DNA of 64,000 nucleotides from Gammaproteobacteria bacterium. Its GTDB lineage: Bacteria; Pseudomonadota; Gammaproteobacteria; JAKEHO01. This document shows positions 48,560 through 59,238 of this stretch, piece by piece; the stretch's first letter is position 1, and each line of letters starts with the position of its first letter. The translations under genes and the position numbers were made by a program. The DNA is taken from positions 12,069 through 76,068 of the forward strand of contig JAKEHO010000082.1 in assembly GCA_022614965.1 (NCBI GenBank), in the 5' to 3' direction. The notes below the pieces were generated by a model. It was not told where the DNA came from and made no database searches. It saw only the letters and a program-made list of their open reading frames with translations.

Positions 48560-49261
48560 TCATGCGGGGGCATGGCCCATCGAGTCATTGACTGAGGCAT
48601 GTTCGCCTTTTAGCGCTTCCGCGGTTCCCCGGGTATCAAGCGCTCGCCGCAGAGCAATCAACAACCCCAAAATGAAAAAGGCGCCCGCTGGCAGCCTGAC
48701 GAGATGCATGCCTGGATAATGCGCATCCAGCGATATCTCAAGGCCACCTGCTCGCTCGCCGAACAAAAGTGCCGCGTCTCTCAACAGCGTGCCATAACCC
48801 AACATTTCTCGGAGCGTCCCTAAGGCGGCGAGGGCGAGCAAGAACCCGAGCCCCGTTGCCAATCCGTCGAATAGCGAGAGTCTTACCTCACTGCAGGCAG
48901 CAAACTCCTCTGCACGGGCAATGATCATGCAGTTGACAGCGATCAGAGGGACGAAGATTGAAAGAACCTCACTCAACTCATAAAAATAGGCCTTTAACCC
49001 TAAATCGATGATGGTTACGAACGATGCAAGCAATAGCACGATCGCGGGGACGCGGACCTCGTGGGGGACCAAGTAACGCAGCGCGGACACTGTGACACTC
49101 GTGGCGAGAACGGCGAGCAAGGTGGCAAGACCCAATGCGAACCCCTTGATGAACGTATCCGAGACTGCCAGGAGTGGACACAATCCGAGTAGCTGGACGA
49201 GTGCCGGATTAGTGTCCCAAACCCTGTCCTGCAGGATCACTAAGTCAGGATGCCGTGACAT
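48560..49261 (-). CDS. rnfE: electron transport complex subunit E
   Basis: ..NPALVQLLGLCPLLAVS.. N-terminus; 233-aa polytopic protein; followed by nth as in rsxE-nth of E. coli. Confidence 0.9.
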   Translation of the reverse strand: MSRHPDLVILQDRVWDTNPALVQLLGLCPLLAVSDTFIKGFALGLATLLAVLATSVTVSALRYLVPHEVRVPAIVLLLASFVTIIDLGLKAYFYELSEVLSIFVPLIAVNCMIIARAEEFAACSEVRLSLFDGLATGLGFLLALAALGTLREMLGYGTLLRDAALLFGERAGGLEISLDAHYPGMHLVRLPAGAFFILGLLIALRRALDTRGTAEALKGEHASVNDSMGHAPA

Positions 49262-49457
49262 GGCCCTTCAATAAAGAACGTGGCGACACTGCGCATCATA
49301 CGTAATTTACCGCCTTAGCTCTAATGCAAAATACACCGCCCAGCAAGGCCGCGATGGGGTTACGGGTTTCAATCCCTGCGCAATTGTGGTCCCGCCCCTT
49401 ACCTCCCGCACGGATTGGTCCTTATACTAGGCGCTTGTTGCCACAGTGCCTCGATCG

Positions 49458-50669
49458 ATGAATCCCCTCACGCCCGCCATGAAACTCCCGCCGCTCTGTT
49501 TGAAGAAAGGAGAGGACCGGCGACTTCGCGCCGGCCATCAGTGGGTGTTCAGTAACGAGGTCGACACCGAGAAGACATCTCTCACCCAGTTTACGCCAGG
49601 CGAGCCCATTATCATCACGACGAACAATGGCAAGGAATTAGGTACCGGCTACGTCAACCCGCATTCGCTCATCTGTGCCAGACTTGTGTCCCGTGATCCA
49701 TCACAAGTGCTCGGAACGCCACTGATCGAGAAGCGGCTCGCAACGGCGTTGGCGCTTCGTGAGCGGCTCTTTGACTCGCCTTTCTATCGCCTGGCATACG
49801 GGGAAAGCGACGGACTGCCCGGCCTTGTCGTCGACCGTTATGGGGAGGTTCTCGTCGCGCAGATCGCAACTGCCGGTATGGAAATGCTCAAGAACGAGAT
49901 CGTAAGTTGCCTAATTGAGGTGGTTAAACCTGCCGCGATCCTGCTTCGCAATGATATGACATCTCGCACGATGGAAGGTCTCAACTGTTACGTCCAAACA
50001 GCCTTCGGGACAGTGCCTTCCGAAGTGTCGCTCATTGAGAATGGCGCCCGCTTCGACGTTCCAATGCTCGATGGCCAAAAGACAGGATGGTATTACGATC
50101 ACACACTCAACCGCGCGCGCATGCAGCGCTATGTAAAAGGCGGCCGTGTCTTGGATGTGTTCAGTTACCTGGGGGCCTGGGGCCTCCAGGCCGCTGTTGC
50201 GGGCGCCCGTGAGATCACATGTGTCGATGCCTCAGAGAAGGCCATTGACTACGTGCGGCGTAATGCGGCGCTCAATCAACTTGACAATGTAGAGGTCCAA
50301 ACCGGCGATGCATTTAGCACTCTCAAGAATTTCCGAAACACTAATAAGCAATTCGATATCATCATCCTGGATCCACCTGCCCTAATTAAACGGAAGAAGG
50401 ACGCAAAAGCGGGCTTGACGGCGTACCTGCGACTCAATCAAGCCGCCATGCAGCTGCTTGGTGAGGACGGCATTCTGATCTCCTCCTCGTGCTCTACCCA
50501 CCTTCAACGCGAGGTCTTTCTTGACATGATCCGCCGAACGGCCCGCCGCCTGAAGCGACGGGTGCAAATCATCGAGCAGGGTCACCAAGCACCCGACCAC
50601 CCGATTCACCCGGCGATCCCGGAGACTGAATATCTCAAACTGGCCATATGCCGCGTCTGCGAGACATGA
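49458..50669 (+). CDS. class I SAM-dependent rRNA (cytosine-C5) methyltransferase, RlmI-like
   Basis: PUA-like N-terminus (..RRLRAGHQWVFSNEV..), SAM fold (VLDVFSYLGAWG) and ILDPP. The start is ambiguous (GTG 49446, ATG 49458 or ATG 49479). Confidence 0.8.
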   Translation: MNPLTPAMKLPPLCLKKGEDRRLRAGHQWVFSNEVDTEKTSLTQFTPGEPIIITTNNGKELGTGYVNPHSLICARLVSRDPSQVLGTPLIEKRLATALALRERLFDSPFYRLAYGESDGLPGLVVDRYGEVLVAQIATAGMEMLKNEIVSCLIEVVKPAAILLRNDMTSRTMEGLNCYVQTAFGTVPSEVSLIENGARFDVPMLDGQKTGWYYDHTLNRARMQRYVKGGRVLDVFSYLGAWGLQAAVAGAREITCVDASEKAIDYVRRNAALNQLDNVEVQTGDAFSTLKNFRNTNKQFDIIILDPPALIKRKKDAKAGLTAYLRLNQAAMQLLGEDGILISSSCSTHLQREVFLDMIRRTARRLKRRVQIIEQGHQAPDHPIHPAIPETEYLKLAICRVCET

Positions 50670-50695
50670 TAGGCATGGAGCGACACCCTCGCTTC

Positions 50696-51316
50696 TCAAT
50701 CTTTAGTTAAAAGGTCTCTATTGGCCGCATAATACTGCAAGGCGGTGTGCACCACCTCAATAATTGCCCGCACGCTGACTGTCGCACCGCTTAATCCGTC
50801 GAATGCCCCGCCGTCACGTTTCAGCCGCCAGCCTTCGCTCGTGGGATCTTGCAGCGAGCGGCCTGTGAATCCTTGGATCCAGTTGGATCGCTTTTGATCA
50901 ACCCCATCGCCTAGGCCCTCTGTTTCGTGCTGCTCCAGTACCCTGACACCACAGAGCGTTCCGTCGGCGGCGATGCCGACGATGAGCGGGATCGGGCCAT
51001 TGTGGCCATCCGCCGTCACGGGCACGAGTACGACGCCGACCAGCTTGCCGGCAAGGCGCGCGCGATACACTGTGACCGGCCCATCGGTTCCCAGATACTC
51101 CGTGGCATTGACCACGACGGCGTCCTCATAGATGTCATTATCGTAGTGTAAGGGCATGACAGTCGCGACATCACGCAGCGCCGCCCGCTGTTCGCGCTGC
51201 GCGATACGCTCCTGCATGAGCTGATAGCTGAAGGCAACCGCCGTCGTGCCAAGGATCGCAATTATAAGGATTGGTACAGCCGCGCGGATCATGCGCGCAA
51301 GAAGCGCTTGCGTCAC
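50696..51316 (-). CDS. rnfG: electron transport complex subunit G
   Basis: N-terminal TM and FMN-attachment context DGLSGATVSVRA. Overlaps the rnfD stop. Confidence 0.85.
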   Translation of the reverse strand: MTQALLARMIRAAVPILIIAILGTTAVAFSYQLMQERIAQREQRAALRDVATVMPLHYDNDIYEDAVVVNATEYLGTDGPVTVYRARLAGKLVGVVLVPVTADGHNGPIPLIVGIAADGTLCGVRVLEQHETEGLGDGVDQKRSNWIQGFTGRSLQDPTSEGWRLKRDGGAFDGLSGATVSVRAIIEVVHTALQYYAANRDLLTKD

Positions 51317-52347
51317 TGTCTGCCCTCACCAAGGATCCGTGGCTGCGTGTAATGATCAATGGTAGGAGCGGCTGCATTCATGAGCAGCACGGCAAATGCA
51401 AGACCGTCGGGATATGCCGCCCATGCGCGTATGACATAGGTCAAGATTCCAATCCCTGCGCCGAAGATGATGCGTCCTAATGGCGTCGTCGCAGCGGTCA
51501 CTGGATCCGTCGCAATAAAAAACGCACCGAGCATGGTCGCGCCGCTGAACAGATGAAACACGGGCGACAGATAGATTTCGGGATCACTGAGATAAAAAAC
51601 TACTGCCATAATAAAGAGCCCCGCAAGCATGCTGACCGGGATTTGCCACTTGATAATTTTCTTGTATAAGAGCCATACGCCACCTAATAAATAGCCCAGG
51701 CTCAACCATTCCCAACCCTTGCCACCTAACATGCCAAAAATAGGCGCACCAACAGCCTCAGACACCATACGCATATTACCAAGCTCGGATTTGACATGCG
51801 CCAATGGCGTAGCGCCAGTCAAGGCATCCAATTTCAGTGCCCCTGTCGGCTGATCTGCAAAGATGATCATCGCACTGTCAATGAAACCGGGACGCATCTC
51901 ACTCAACATATGCGGCAGAGGCCAAGTCGTCATCTCAGCGGGGAAAGAGATCAACACCAATGCGTACCCGGCCATCGCCGGGTTAAAGGGGTTATAGCCC
52001 AAACCGCCATACAGGTGTTTCGCGATAACAATGGCAAAGATGGCGGCAATGGATGTCACCCACCACGGCGCATAGGGAGGCATCGCCAAGGCTAGCAGCA
52101 CGGCTGTCACAACAGCGCTTCCGTCCGTGAGAAAGGGCGTGACTGGCCGCTTGCGAAGCCTAAGCATGATGCCCTCCGAGACGAGGGCTACGCTCGTCGC
52201 GAGTAGGCAATTAATTACAATACCAAAGCCGAAGAACCACACGTAGAGCGCAATGCCCGGCACAAGGGCATAAAGCACCTGGCGCATGATCGAGGAGACG
52301 GAGTGCGGCTCTGAGTCAGGTGCAAAGCCAGGCATGCTAGAGGTCAT
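51313..52347 (-). CDS. rnfD: electron transport complex subunit D
   Basis: 344-aa polytopic NqrB/RnfD-type protein, with 4-nt overlaps to both neighbours. Confidence 0.9.
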   Translation of the reverse strand: MTSSMPGFAPDSEPHSVSSIMRQVLYALVPGIALYVWFFGFGIVINCLLATSVALVSEGIMLRLRKRPVTPFLTDGSAVVTAVLLALAMPPYAPWWVTSIAAIFAIVIAKHLYGGLGYNPFNPAMAGYALVLISFPAEMTTWPLPHMLSEMRPGFIDSAMIIFADQPTGALKLDALTGATPLAHVKSELGNMRMVSEAVGAPIFGMLGGKGWEWLSLGYLLGGVWLLYKKIIKWQIPVSMLAGLFIMAVVFYLSDPEIYLSPVFHLFSGATMLGAFFIATDPVTAATTPLGRIIFGAGIGILTYVIRAWAAYPDGLAFAVLLMNAAAPTIDHYTQPRILGEGRQ

Positions 52348-53924
52348 TCATTGGATTCAGGCGTAGATTTGCGATCAGGACCCACGGTCGCGTTGTCTTT
52401 TGGAGAGCCCTCACGCTCCCGGGCGGTGGCGCGTTTTGCTTTGGTTCTCTCTATGGCCGCTTGGATGTAGGCCTTCTTTTGCCCGCGATCATTCTTTGCA
52501 CGGCTCTCTCCAATATCGCCTTGCTGGAGGTGGCGCGCGCGCTCCGCCTCGTCCTTTGCGAGACGCGCGGTCCGCGACTCGTAGGCCCCGCGCGCGCGAT
52601 CCGCAGATCCCCTCGCCTCTTCTTCAGCTGCGATCTCCGACTTAGCAAAAAAGAAATACTGGACCAGCGGGATGTTACTGGGGCATACCTGCGCACAACA
52701 GCCACAATCAATGCAATCAAACAGATGAAGGTCCTGTGCCGTATCAAAATCCTGCGCGCGGGCATACCAATACAACTGCTGCGGAAGAAGATTGACGGGA
52801 CAGACATCAACACAGTCACCGCATCGGATGCAGGGCATTTGGGGACCTCGTTCCAGGGCATCGGTAACGAGAATGCAGTTAGTGGTCTTAATCACCGGCA
52901 CCCGTTCATCCTGCACGGGGATCCCCATCATCGGCCCGCCCATAATGACTTTCTTAGGTGGACCGTCAGGCCGGCCACACTGGTCAACCAAGTCCCCCAC
53001 AGGAGTCCCCAGCAGCACTTGCATATTGCGGGGCGAAACCACGCTACCGGTCACGGTGACATAGCGTGATACGAGTGGCTCCCCGTAGTGCACAACGCGA
53101 TAGACCGCCGCAGCCGTTGCCACATTGTGCATGACAATGCCGATATGGATAGGCAGGCGCCCGCATGGCACCTCTTTACCGGTCAGCGTGAAGATCAGCT
53201 GTTTCTCACCGCCCGCTGGATAGATGGCCGGCACCTTGGCCAGTTCAATGTCACCGATCAGCACCTTTTCCAGCGCGGCATAAGCGTCGCGCATGTCGTC
53301 CTCCACGGCGACGATGCAACGTTTGGCCTGCACGGTGCGACTGATGAGGCTCGCCCCGGCAATCACCTCGTCGGCCCGCTCACGGATCAGGCGATCGTCG
53401 CAGGTAATATAAGGCTCGCACTCCGCACCGTTGATGATCAGCGTGTCCACAACGTTCTCTACGCCTTCGTTGACCTTGACGTGGGAGGGGAATCCCGCAC
53501 CGCCCAAGCCAACGATCCCAGCATCTCGGATCATGTCATTGACTGCCTTCGGTCCCAGCAAGTCGCATTGCGCTGGCACTCGCCTTTCAACCCAAACGTC
53601 GTCGCCATCGGGTTCGATGACAATGCACCGTGCGTCGACATCCGAAGGATGCGCAACAGGGTAATCGCCAATGTCGATCACCGTGCCCGATGTGCTGGCG
53701 TGAACCGGTACGCTGACGTACCCCTCGGCGGAAGCGATGAGCTGTCCCTTTAATACCTTCTCTCCGATCTTGACGGTGGGTCGAGATGCGATGCCGATAT
53801 GCTGTTGCAGGGGTAAAAACAGGCGTTCGGGGATGGCGGCAGGAATGGATGGTTCCCGATTAGATAGCGCCTTGTGACCGGGTAATTTTAAACCTCCATG
53901 AAATTGCCACAGTGTCTGGCTCAA
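52344..53924 (-). CDS. rnfC: electron transport complex subunit C
   Basis: GLGGAGFP and two 4Fe-4S motifs ([24 protein letters not shown]), plus a charged C-terminal tail. There is no in-frame ATG near the conserved N-terminus. The likely start is TTG at 53924, overlapping the rnfB stop; the track ORF extends to 54017. Confidence 0.85.
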   Translation of the reverse strand: MSQTLWQFHGGLKLPGHKALSNREPSIPAAIPERLFLPLQQHIGIASRPTVKIGEKVLKGQLIASAEGYVSVPVHASTSGTVIDIGDYPVAHPSDVDARCIVIEPDGDDVWVERRVPAQCDLLGPKAVNDMIRDAGIVGLGGAGFPSHVKVNEGVENVVDTLIINGAECEPYITCDDRLIRERADEVIAGASLISRTVQAKRCIVAVEDDMRDAYAALEKVLIGDIELAKVPAIYPAGGEKQLIFTLTGKEVPCGRLPIHIGIVMHNVATAAAVYRVVHYGEPLVSRYVTVTGSVVSPRNMQVLLGTPVGDLVDQCGRPDGPPKKVIMGGPMMGIPVQDERVPVIKTTNCILVTDALERGPQMPCIRCGDCVDVCPVNLLPQQLYWYARAQDFDTAQDLHLFDCIDCGCCAQVCPSNIPLVQYFFFAKSEIAAEEEARGSADRARGAYESRTARLAKDEAERARHLQQGDIGESRAKNDRGQKKAYIQAAIERTKAKRATAREREGSPKDNATVGPDRKSTPESNE

Positions 53925-54478
53925 AGCCCCATCCTCGGCGCGTCTTGCGGCCTCGGCCAGCGCCAGTTGGACATTCCCTGATCCACAACCCTCATGTCGA
54001 TGCAATCCACTGGGCACGGTTCAACACACAGTTCACACCCCGTACACTCTGACGATACGACCGTGTGCATCTGTTTTGGGGCCCCCAAAATCGCGTCAAC
54101 TGGGCAAGCTAAAATACATTTGAAGCAGCCGATGCACAGGGCCTCGTCGATAAAAGCAACCTGCTTGAGCTTGCTCGTACCGCGGCCAGGATCGAGCGGC
54201 TTGGCATCACGCCCAAGCAACTCCGCAAGCGCGCCGATGGTGAGGGCACCGCCTGGCGGGCACTGATTGATGTCGGCATCACCACGGGCGATGGCCTCGG
54301 CATAGGGTCGACAACCTGGATAACTGCACTGCCCGCATTGGGTTTGCGGAAGCAACGCATCAATCTTGTCCACCAGGGACAGGCGTTCTCTCTGAAACCG
54401 CGCGGCGGCGTAGCCCATCAGCAATGCAGAGGCGAGGGCAAGCGAACCGACCACCAACAGTGCGCTGATTACAGTCAC
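53921..54478 (-). CDS. rnfB: electron transport complex subunit B
   Basis: N-terminal [11 protein letters not shown] cluster, and two ferredoxin motifs [12 protein letters not shown] and [12 protein letters not shown]. Confidence 0.9.
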   Translation of the reverse strand: MTVISALLVVGSLALASALLMGYAAARFQRERLSLVDKIDALLPQTQCGQCSYPGCRPYAEAIARGDADINQCPPGGALTIGALAELLGRDAKPLDPGRGTSKLKQVAFIDEALCIGCFKCILACPVDAILGAPKQMHTVVSSECTGCELCVEPCPVDCIDMRVVDQGMSNWRWPRPQDAPRMGL

Positions 54479-55056
54479 GCTTTCACCAGCCCGGCAAAGC
54501 CCATAAAGGCCATCGACATCAATCCGAGCGTGACCAAGGCGATAGAGGCACCCTGGAACGGTGTCGGCACATCAGCAACTGCAAGGCGCTCACGCAGACT
54601 TGAGAAAAAAATCAACACGACTGAAAAGCCAAGACCCGCACCGAATCCATAGAAGGCGGACTGTGTAAATCCGTGGGGTTGCTGAAGATTTAACAGTGCG
54701 ACGCCCAAAACCGCACAATTGACAGCGGCAAGGGGGAGAAAGATCCCCAATAAATGGTACATAACCGGGCTTACCCCTTCGACCGTCCACCGCGTAAACC
54801 CTGCCACCACCGCAACGACCAGGATAAACAGTATGATGCGCAGATATTCAAGGCCCAAGGGCACCAGTAGGTACGTAAACAGGAGGTAGCTCGCCGCAGA
54901 GGACAATGTCAGCATAAACAGCGTTGCCGACGACATCCCAATGGCCGTTTCCACCTTACGCGACACCGCGTAGAAGGGACACACACCGAGTAACCTGTCG
55001 AGTACCAGATTGTTTACCACTACCGTGCTGGCAAGGATCAACGCGTATTCACTCAC
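54475..55056 (-). CDS. rnfA: electron transport complex subunit A
   Basis: 193-aa 6-TM RnfA/NqrE-type protein (..[14 protein letters not shown]..). Confidence 0.92.
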   Translation of the reverse strand: MSEYALILASTVVVNNLVLDRLLGVCPFYAVSRKVETAIGMSSATLFMLTLSSAASYLLFTYLLVPLGLEYLRIILFILVVAVVAGFTRWTVEGVSPVMYHLLGIFLPLAAVNCAVLGVALLNLQQPHGFTQSAFYGFGAGLGFSVVLIFFSSLRERLAVADVPTPFQGASIALVTLGLMSMAFMGFAGLVKA

Positions 55057-55215
55057 CGGGATGGCGAATCAAGGACCATGGATGCGTTCGGCAAGTATGA
55101 CCATCTGTCGTTGCGGCGACAAGTACGACGGGATCTCGGCAGATCTTCACCCGGTCCACATGACGCAGCCGTACTCCCCGAACGCGGGGGCGCTGCGCCC
55201 TTGGCAGAGCACTTC

Positions 55216-55560
55216 TTATTTGACCTTCATCCCAGGCTGGGCGCCACTGTCCGGATGGAGTAACCAGATCTCCTTGCCTCCGGGGCCAGCCGCCAGCACC
55301 ATACCGCCTGATACACCGAAGCGCATCTTCCGAGGTGCCAGATTGGCTAGCATGACGGTCAACCTGCCTTCAAGCTCCTCGGGCGTATACGCCGCTTTGA
55401 TACCTGCAAAGACAGAGCGCGTCTCATCGCCAAGATCCAACTCAAGGCGCAGCAACTTGTCGGCACCCTCTACGTGTTCAGCCTTAATGATACGTGCAAT
55501 CCGAAGATCCAGCTTGGCAAAATCTTCGTAAGTTATCTGCGCAACAGGTATCTCGCTCAT
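55216..55560 (-). CDS. stand-alone tRNA-binding domain (Trbp111/MetRS C-terminal domain)
   Basis: [36 protein letters not shown]...[25 protein letters not shown] is colinear with the E. coli MetG C-terminal domain. Its ATG overlaps the metG TGA (ATGA). Confidence 0.85.
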   Translation of the reverse strand: MSEIPVAQITYEDFAKLDLRIARIIKAEHVEGADKLLRLELDLGDETRSVFAGIKAAYTPEELEGRLTVMLANLAPRKMRFGVSGGMVLAAGPGGKEIWLLHPDSGAQPGMKVK

Positions 55561-57260
55561 CTTCGAACGACATCCGGGATTGAGTTATCGTTCGAAGAAC
55601 CCCCTTTCGGATTGCCGAGGTCGGATTTGGAGGCCTCGATCATAGCGGTAACCTGCGAAGCATCGACCCGTGTCATCAGAGGTTCGAACTTGCCAATGGT
55701 GTGATGAGTCAGTGGAGTCGCAATATTACCCCACGTTGATCGCTCAATATTCAAAAACTTTTCAACCTCTGCAGCCATCACCGGCAATACCGGCGCAAGG
55801 TAGCCCATCAGAACGCGGAAAAGATTCAACCCCATCGAACAGATCGCTTGTAGCTCATCCTCTTTGCCCTTCTCCTTTGCAAGCGCCCACGGCTTCTGTT
55901 CGTCAATATATTGATTGGCCTTGTCCGCCAGGGTCATTACCTCACGCGTGGCTCTGTTGTAGTCGCGTGACTCGTAAGCGCTTGCGATGGGCTCCGCAGC
56001 CGCGACAAACGACTCGAAAAGCTGTGGTACGGCAAGTGCATCGGACAGACGCCCGTCAAAACGTTTACTGATGAATCCAGCACAGCGGCTCGCGATGTTC
56101 ACCACCTTACCCACCATATCGGCGTTGACTCGGTGAACAAAGTCCTCCAGGTTCAGATCAATATCGTCGATGCCGCTACCTAACTTACTGGCAAAATAGT
56201 AGCGCAGGTATTCTGGATCCAGGTGTTCAAGATAGGTTCGTGCGGTAACGAAGGTGCCACGCGATTTGGACATCTTCTGCCCATTGACCGTTAGAAACCC
56301 GTGCACAAAGATGGCCGTTGGCTTGCGCAGCCCGGCACCTTCCAGCATTGCCGGCCAAAACAAGGCGTGGAAATAGATAATGTCCTTGCCAATGAAGTGA
56401 ACCATCTCGTTCTTGCTCCCTGGTCCAATAAAGGCATCGAAACTGAGCCCCACCCGATCGCATAGCTGTTTAAAACTGGCAAGATAGCCAATAGGCGCAT
56501 CGAGCCAGACATAAAAATATTTGCCTGGAGCATCCGGGATCTCGAAACCGAAATAGGGTTCATCTCGAGAGATATCCCATTCTTTAAGGCCCGCTTTAAA
56601 CCACTCTGTGAGCTTGTTGACCACCTCCGGTTGTAGATGGCCTGCGTGTGTCCAATCCCTTAACATCGGCTCGAAGCTATCCAGCTTGAAGAAATAGTGC
56701 TCGGACTCATTCTCAACGGGTATTGCGCCAGAGATGGCCGAAACCGGATTTTTCAGATCGACAGGGGAGTAGGTGGCCCCGCAGACTTCACAGCTGTCTC
56801 CGTACTGGTCCGCCGCGCCGCACCTTGGGCACTCACCACGGATGAAGCGATCGGGAAGAAACATCTTCTTCACGGGGTCATACGCCTGGCGAATCGTGCG
56901 ACGAGTAATATGCCCGGCATCGCGCAAACGCGTATATATCGTATTGGCGAGCTCGCGATTCTCGGGCGAGCGCGTCGTGGAGTAATTGTCAAACTGAATG
57001 GCAAACTCCGCGAAATCTGCCCGGTGATCCCGGCCGACACGCTCGATCAATTCCTCCGGGCTGATGCCGTCCTGCTGGGCTCGCAGCATGATCGGCGTGC
57101 CATGCGCGTCATCCGCACAGACGTAATAGCATTCATGCCCACGCATCTTTTGAAAACGCGCCCAGATGTCCGCCTGAATGTATTCGACAAGATGGCCAAT
57201 GTGGATAGGGCCATTCGCGTAGGGCAACGCGCTGGTTACCAGAATCTTTCGGCTCGGCAT
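55557..57260 (-). CDS. metG: methionine--tRNA ligase, catalytic body lacking the C-terminal tRNA-binding domain
   Basis: HIGH (PIHIGH), KMSKS (KMSKSRG) and Zn knuckle [18 protein letters not shown]. 567 aa, ending in the linker region. Confidence 0.93.
   Translation of the reverse strand: MPSRKILVTSALPYANGPIHIGHLVEYIQADIWARFQKMRGHECYYVCADDAHGTPIMLRAQQDGISPEELIERVGRDHRADFAEFAIQFDNYSTTRSPENRELANTIYTRLRDAGHITRRTIRQAYDPVKKMFLPDRFIRGECPRCGAADQYGDSCEVCGATYSPVDLKNPVSAISGAIPVENESEHYFFKLDSFEPMLRDWTHAGHLQPEVVNKLTEWFKAGLKEWDISRDEPYFGFEIPDAPGKYFYVWLDAPIGYLASFKQLCDRVGLSFDAFIGPGSKNEMVHFIGKDIIYFHALFWPAMLEGAGLRKPTAIFVHGFLTVNGQKMSKSRGTFVTARTYLEHLDPEYLRYYFASKLGSGIDDIDLNLEDFVHRVNADMVGKVVNIASRCAGFISKRFDGRLSDALAVPQLFESFVAAAEPIASAYESRDYNRATREVMTLADKANQYIDEQKPWALAKEKGKEDELQAICSMGLNLFRVLMGYLAPVLPVMAAEVEKFLNIERSTWGNIATPLTHHTIGKFEPLMTRVDASQVTAMIEASKSDLGNPKGGSSNDNSIPDVVRR
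55561..55597 (-). other. perfect 10-bp inverted repeat (17-nt loop) abutting the metG stop/start junction
   Basis: CTTCGAACGA (55561-55570) and TCGTTCGAAG (55588-55597). On the mRNA the 3' arm ends immediately 5' of AUGA. Confidence 0.7.
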
Positions 57261-57312
57261 CGATAGGGGCCCTTGTTCTACTGAAAAAAATGCGCGCCTA
57301 AGGTATCACCCT

Positions 57313-57336
57313 GCGTTCACTGGCGCCACTGAACGC
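57313..57336. promoter_or_regulatory. 24-bp near-perfect palindrome in the divergent metG/apbC promoter region
   Basis: GCGTTCACTGGC|GCCACTGAACGC, with 11 of 12 positions self-complementary. Confidence 0.3.
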
Positions 57337-57451
57337 CGCCACTGCCGGGCTCAGCCAAAATCGCACGCGAGGCTGCCCGTTAAGACGCACCAAAGCATTT
57401 ATTGTAAAATGCCTCATCAGAAATCTGCAGCTTGGAGCGATTACTCATCAA

Positions 57452-58543
57452 ATGCCCGAGATTACCCGCCAACAGGTTGAGGCGGCTCTTTCCAAGTACC
57501 AGGAGCCCTATCTGGGGAAAGACCTCGTCTCGGCCAAGGCAGTAAAAAACATTGCCATTGCAGGCCCCAATGTCAATGTGGACGTGGAACTCGGGTACCC
57601 CGCAAAGGGCTATCAGGACAAGCTTGTCGGAGAGCTAAAAGGGATACTCGCAGCGATCCCTGGGATTGGAGAGCTCACTCTTAACCTGCACAGCGCCATT
57701 GCGACCCATGCGGTCCAGCAGGGCGTGACGCCCCTGCCCAACATCAAGAACGTCATCGCGGTTGCGTCGGGTAAGGGCGGTGTCGGCAAGTCCACGATTG
57801 CCGTTAATCTCGCCCTCGCGCTGCAGGCCGAAGGTGCCACGGTGGGCATCCTGGATGCAGATATTTATGGCCCCAGTCTACCGCGCATGCTCGGTTGTCA
57901 CGGTAAGCCTGAGACAACCGACGGTAAGTCCGTGCAGCCTAAAGTCAGCTATCGCGTGCAGTCGATGTCCATCGGCTATCTTATTGACGAAGAGACGCCT
58001 ATGATTTGGCGTGGTCCCATGGTCACTCAGGCGTTGCAGCAACTGCTCACCGATACAAACTGGGACAACGTGGATTATCTTGTGGTCGACCTGCCCCCTG
58101 GCACCGGTGACATTCAACTCACCCTATGCCAGAAGATCCCGGTGAGCGGCGCGGTGATTGTAACTACCCCCCAAGATATTGCTCTGGCGGATGCCCGTAA
58201 GGCGCTAAAGATGTTCGAAAAGGTGAACGTGCCGGTGCTCGGGATCGTCGAAAACATGAGTGTGCATGTATGTAGCCAGTGCGGGCACGAAGAGCATATC
58301 TTTGGCGAGGGGGGTGCCCTGCGGATGGCCAAGCAATATGGTGTCGCGTTGCTAGGCGCCCTGCCACTAGAGACGAGGATACGGGAAGGTGTAGATAGTG
58401 GCCGGCCCACAGTGGCGATGGATCCGGACTCCCGGGCAAGCCAGATTTATCACGAAATTGCCCGGCGGGTTGGGGCGAAGCTTTCATTACAGGCAAAGGA
58501 CTATACGTCCAAGTTCCCCAAGATCGTGATTCAAAAAAACTGA
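57452..58543 (+). CDS. apbC: iron-sulfur cluster carrier ATPase ApbC/Mrp
   Basis: ASGKGGVGKST P-loop and the CSQCGHEEHIFG motif. Divergent from metG as in E. coli. Confidence 0.92.
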   Translation: MPEITRQQVEAALSKYQEPYLGKDLVSAKAVKNIAIAGPNVNVDVELGYPAKGYQDKLVGELKGILAAIPGIGELTLNLHSAIATHAVQQGVTPLPNIKNVIAVASGKGGVGKSTIAVNLALALQAEGATVGILDADIYGPSLPRMLGCHGKPETTDGKSVQPKVSYRVQSMSIGYLIDEETPMIWRGPMVTQALQQLLTDTNWDNVDYLVVDLPPGTGDIQLTLCQKIPVSGAVIVTTPQDIALADARKALKMFEKVNVPVLGIVENMSVHVCSQCGHEEHIFGEGGALRMAKQYGVALLGALPLETRIREGVDSGRPTVAMDPDSRASQIYHEIARRVGAKLSLQAKDYTSKFPKIVIQKN

Positions 58544-58623
58544 GGAACACCACACGTAGCCGGATATAGGCGCACCGTTGCCCATTTTGCATTGATGCCC
58601 TTTAGCAATCAGCGAGTAGGCCC

Positions 58624-59190
58624 TTGAGTGTAAAATCTGATAACTGGATCCGCCGAATGGCGATAGAGCACGGCATGATCGAGCCGTTTGCGCCATCTCA
58701 AGTAAGGCATAACGACAACAGCCGCTTGGTGTCCTATGGCACGTCAAGTTACGGCTACGACGTACGATGCGCCGATGAATTTAAGGTCTTCACGAATATC
58801 AATTCCGCCATAGTCGATCCGAAGAATTTCGACGCCCGCAGCTTCGTTGACATCAAGGCCGACGTCTGCATTATTCCACCGAATTCGTTTGCGCTAGCCC
58901 GCACCGTGGAATATTTCCGTATCCCTCGCAACGTCCTCACCATCTGCGTTGGCAAGTCAACGTATGCCCGTTGCGGAATCATCGTCAATGTCACCCCCCT
59001 TGAACCTGAATGGGAGGGCCACGTCACGCTCGAGATTTCCAACACCACCCCGCTCCCGGCCAAGATCTACGCCAACGAAGGGATCGCCCAAGTAGTCTTT
59101 TTTGAATCGGATGAAGTTTGTGAAACCTCCTACAAAGACAAAGGTGGAAAATACCAGGGGCAGACAGGCGTCACCCTGCCTGAGGCCTGA
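58624..59190 (+). CDS. dcd: dCTP deaminase
   Basis: (M)[22 protein letters not shown]-terminus typical of Dcd. TTG start; 188 aa. Confidence 0.9.
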   Translation: MSVKSDNWIRRMAIEHGMIEPFAPSQVRHNDNSRLVSYGTSSYGYDVRCADEFKVFTNINSAIVDPKNFDARSFVDIKADVCIIPPNSFALARTVEYFRIPRNVLTICVGKSTYARCGIIVNVTPLEPEWEGHVTLEISNTTPLPAKIYANEGIAQVVFFESDEVCETSYKDKGGKYQGQTGVTLPEA

Positions 59191-59238
59191 GTCGCTGGGA
59201 TTGAGCCGCGACGCAACACTCCTGCGCCCGCTCCTTTC

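Noticed and set aside
49364-49376. GGGTTTCAATCCC resembling a tRNA T-arm in the rnfE/rlmI spacer
   Set aside because: Flanking bases do not form a 5-bp T-stem, acceptor stem or anticodon arm. It is not a tRNA or a recognisable tRNA fragment.
55557-55584. Classical programmed -1 ribosomal frameshift joining the two metG parts
   Set aside because: No X XXY YYZ slippery heptamer exists in the 24-nt window where a shift would have to occur, and the hairpin lies upstream rather than downstream of the junction. Reinitiation, mutation or sequencing error are more likely.
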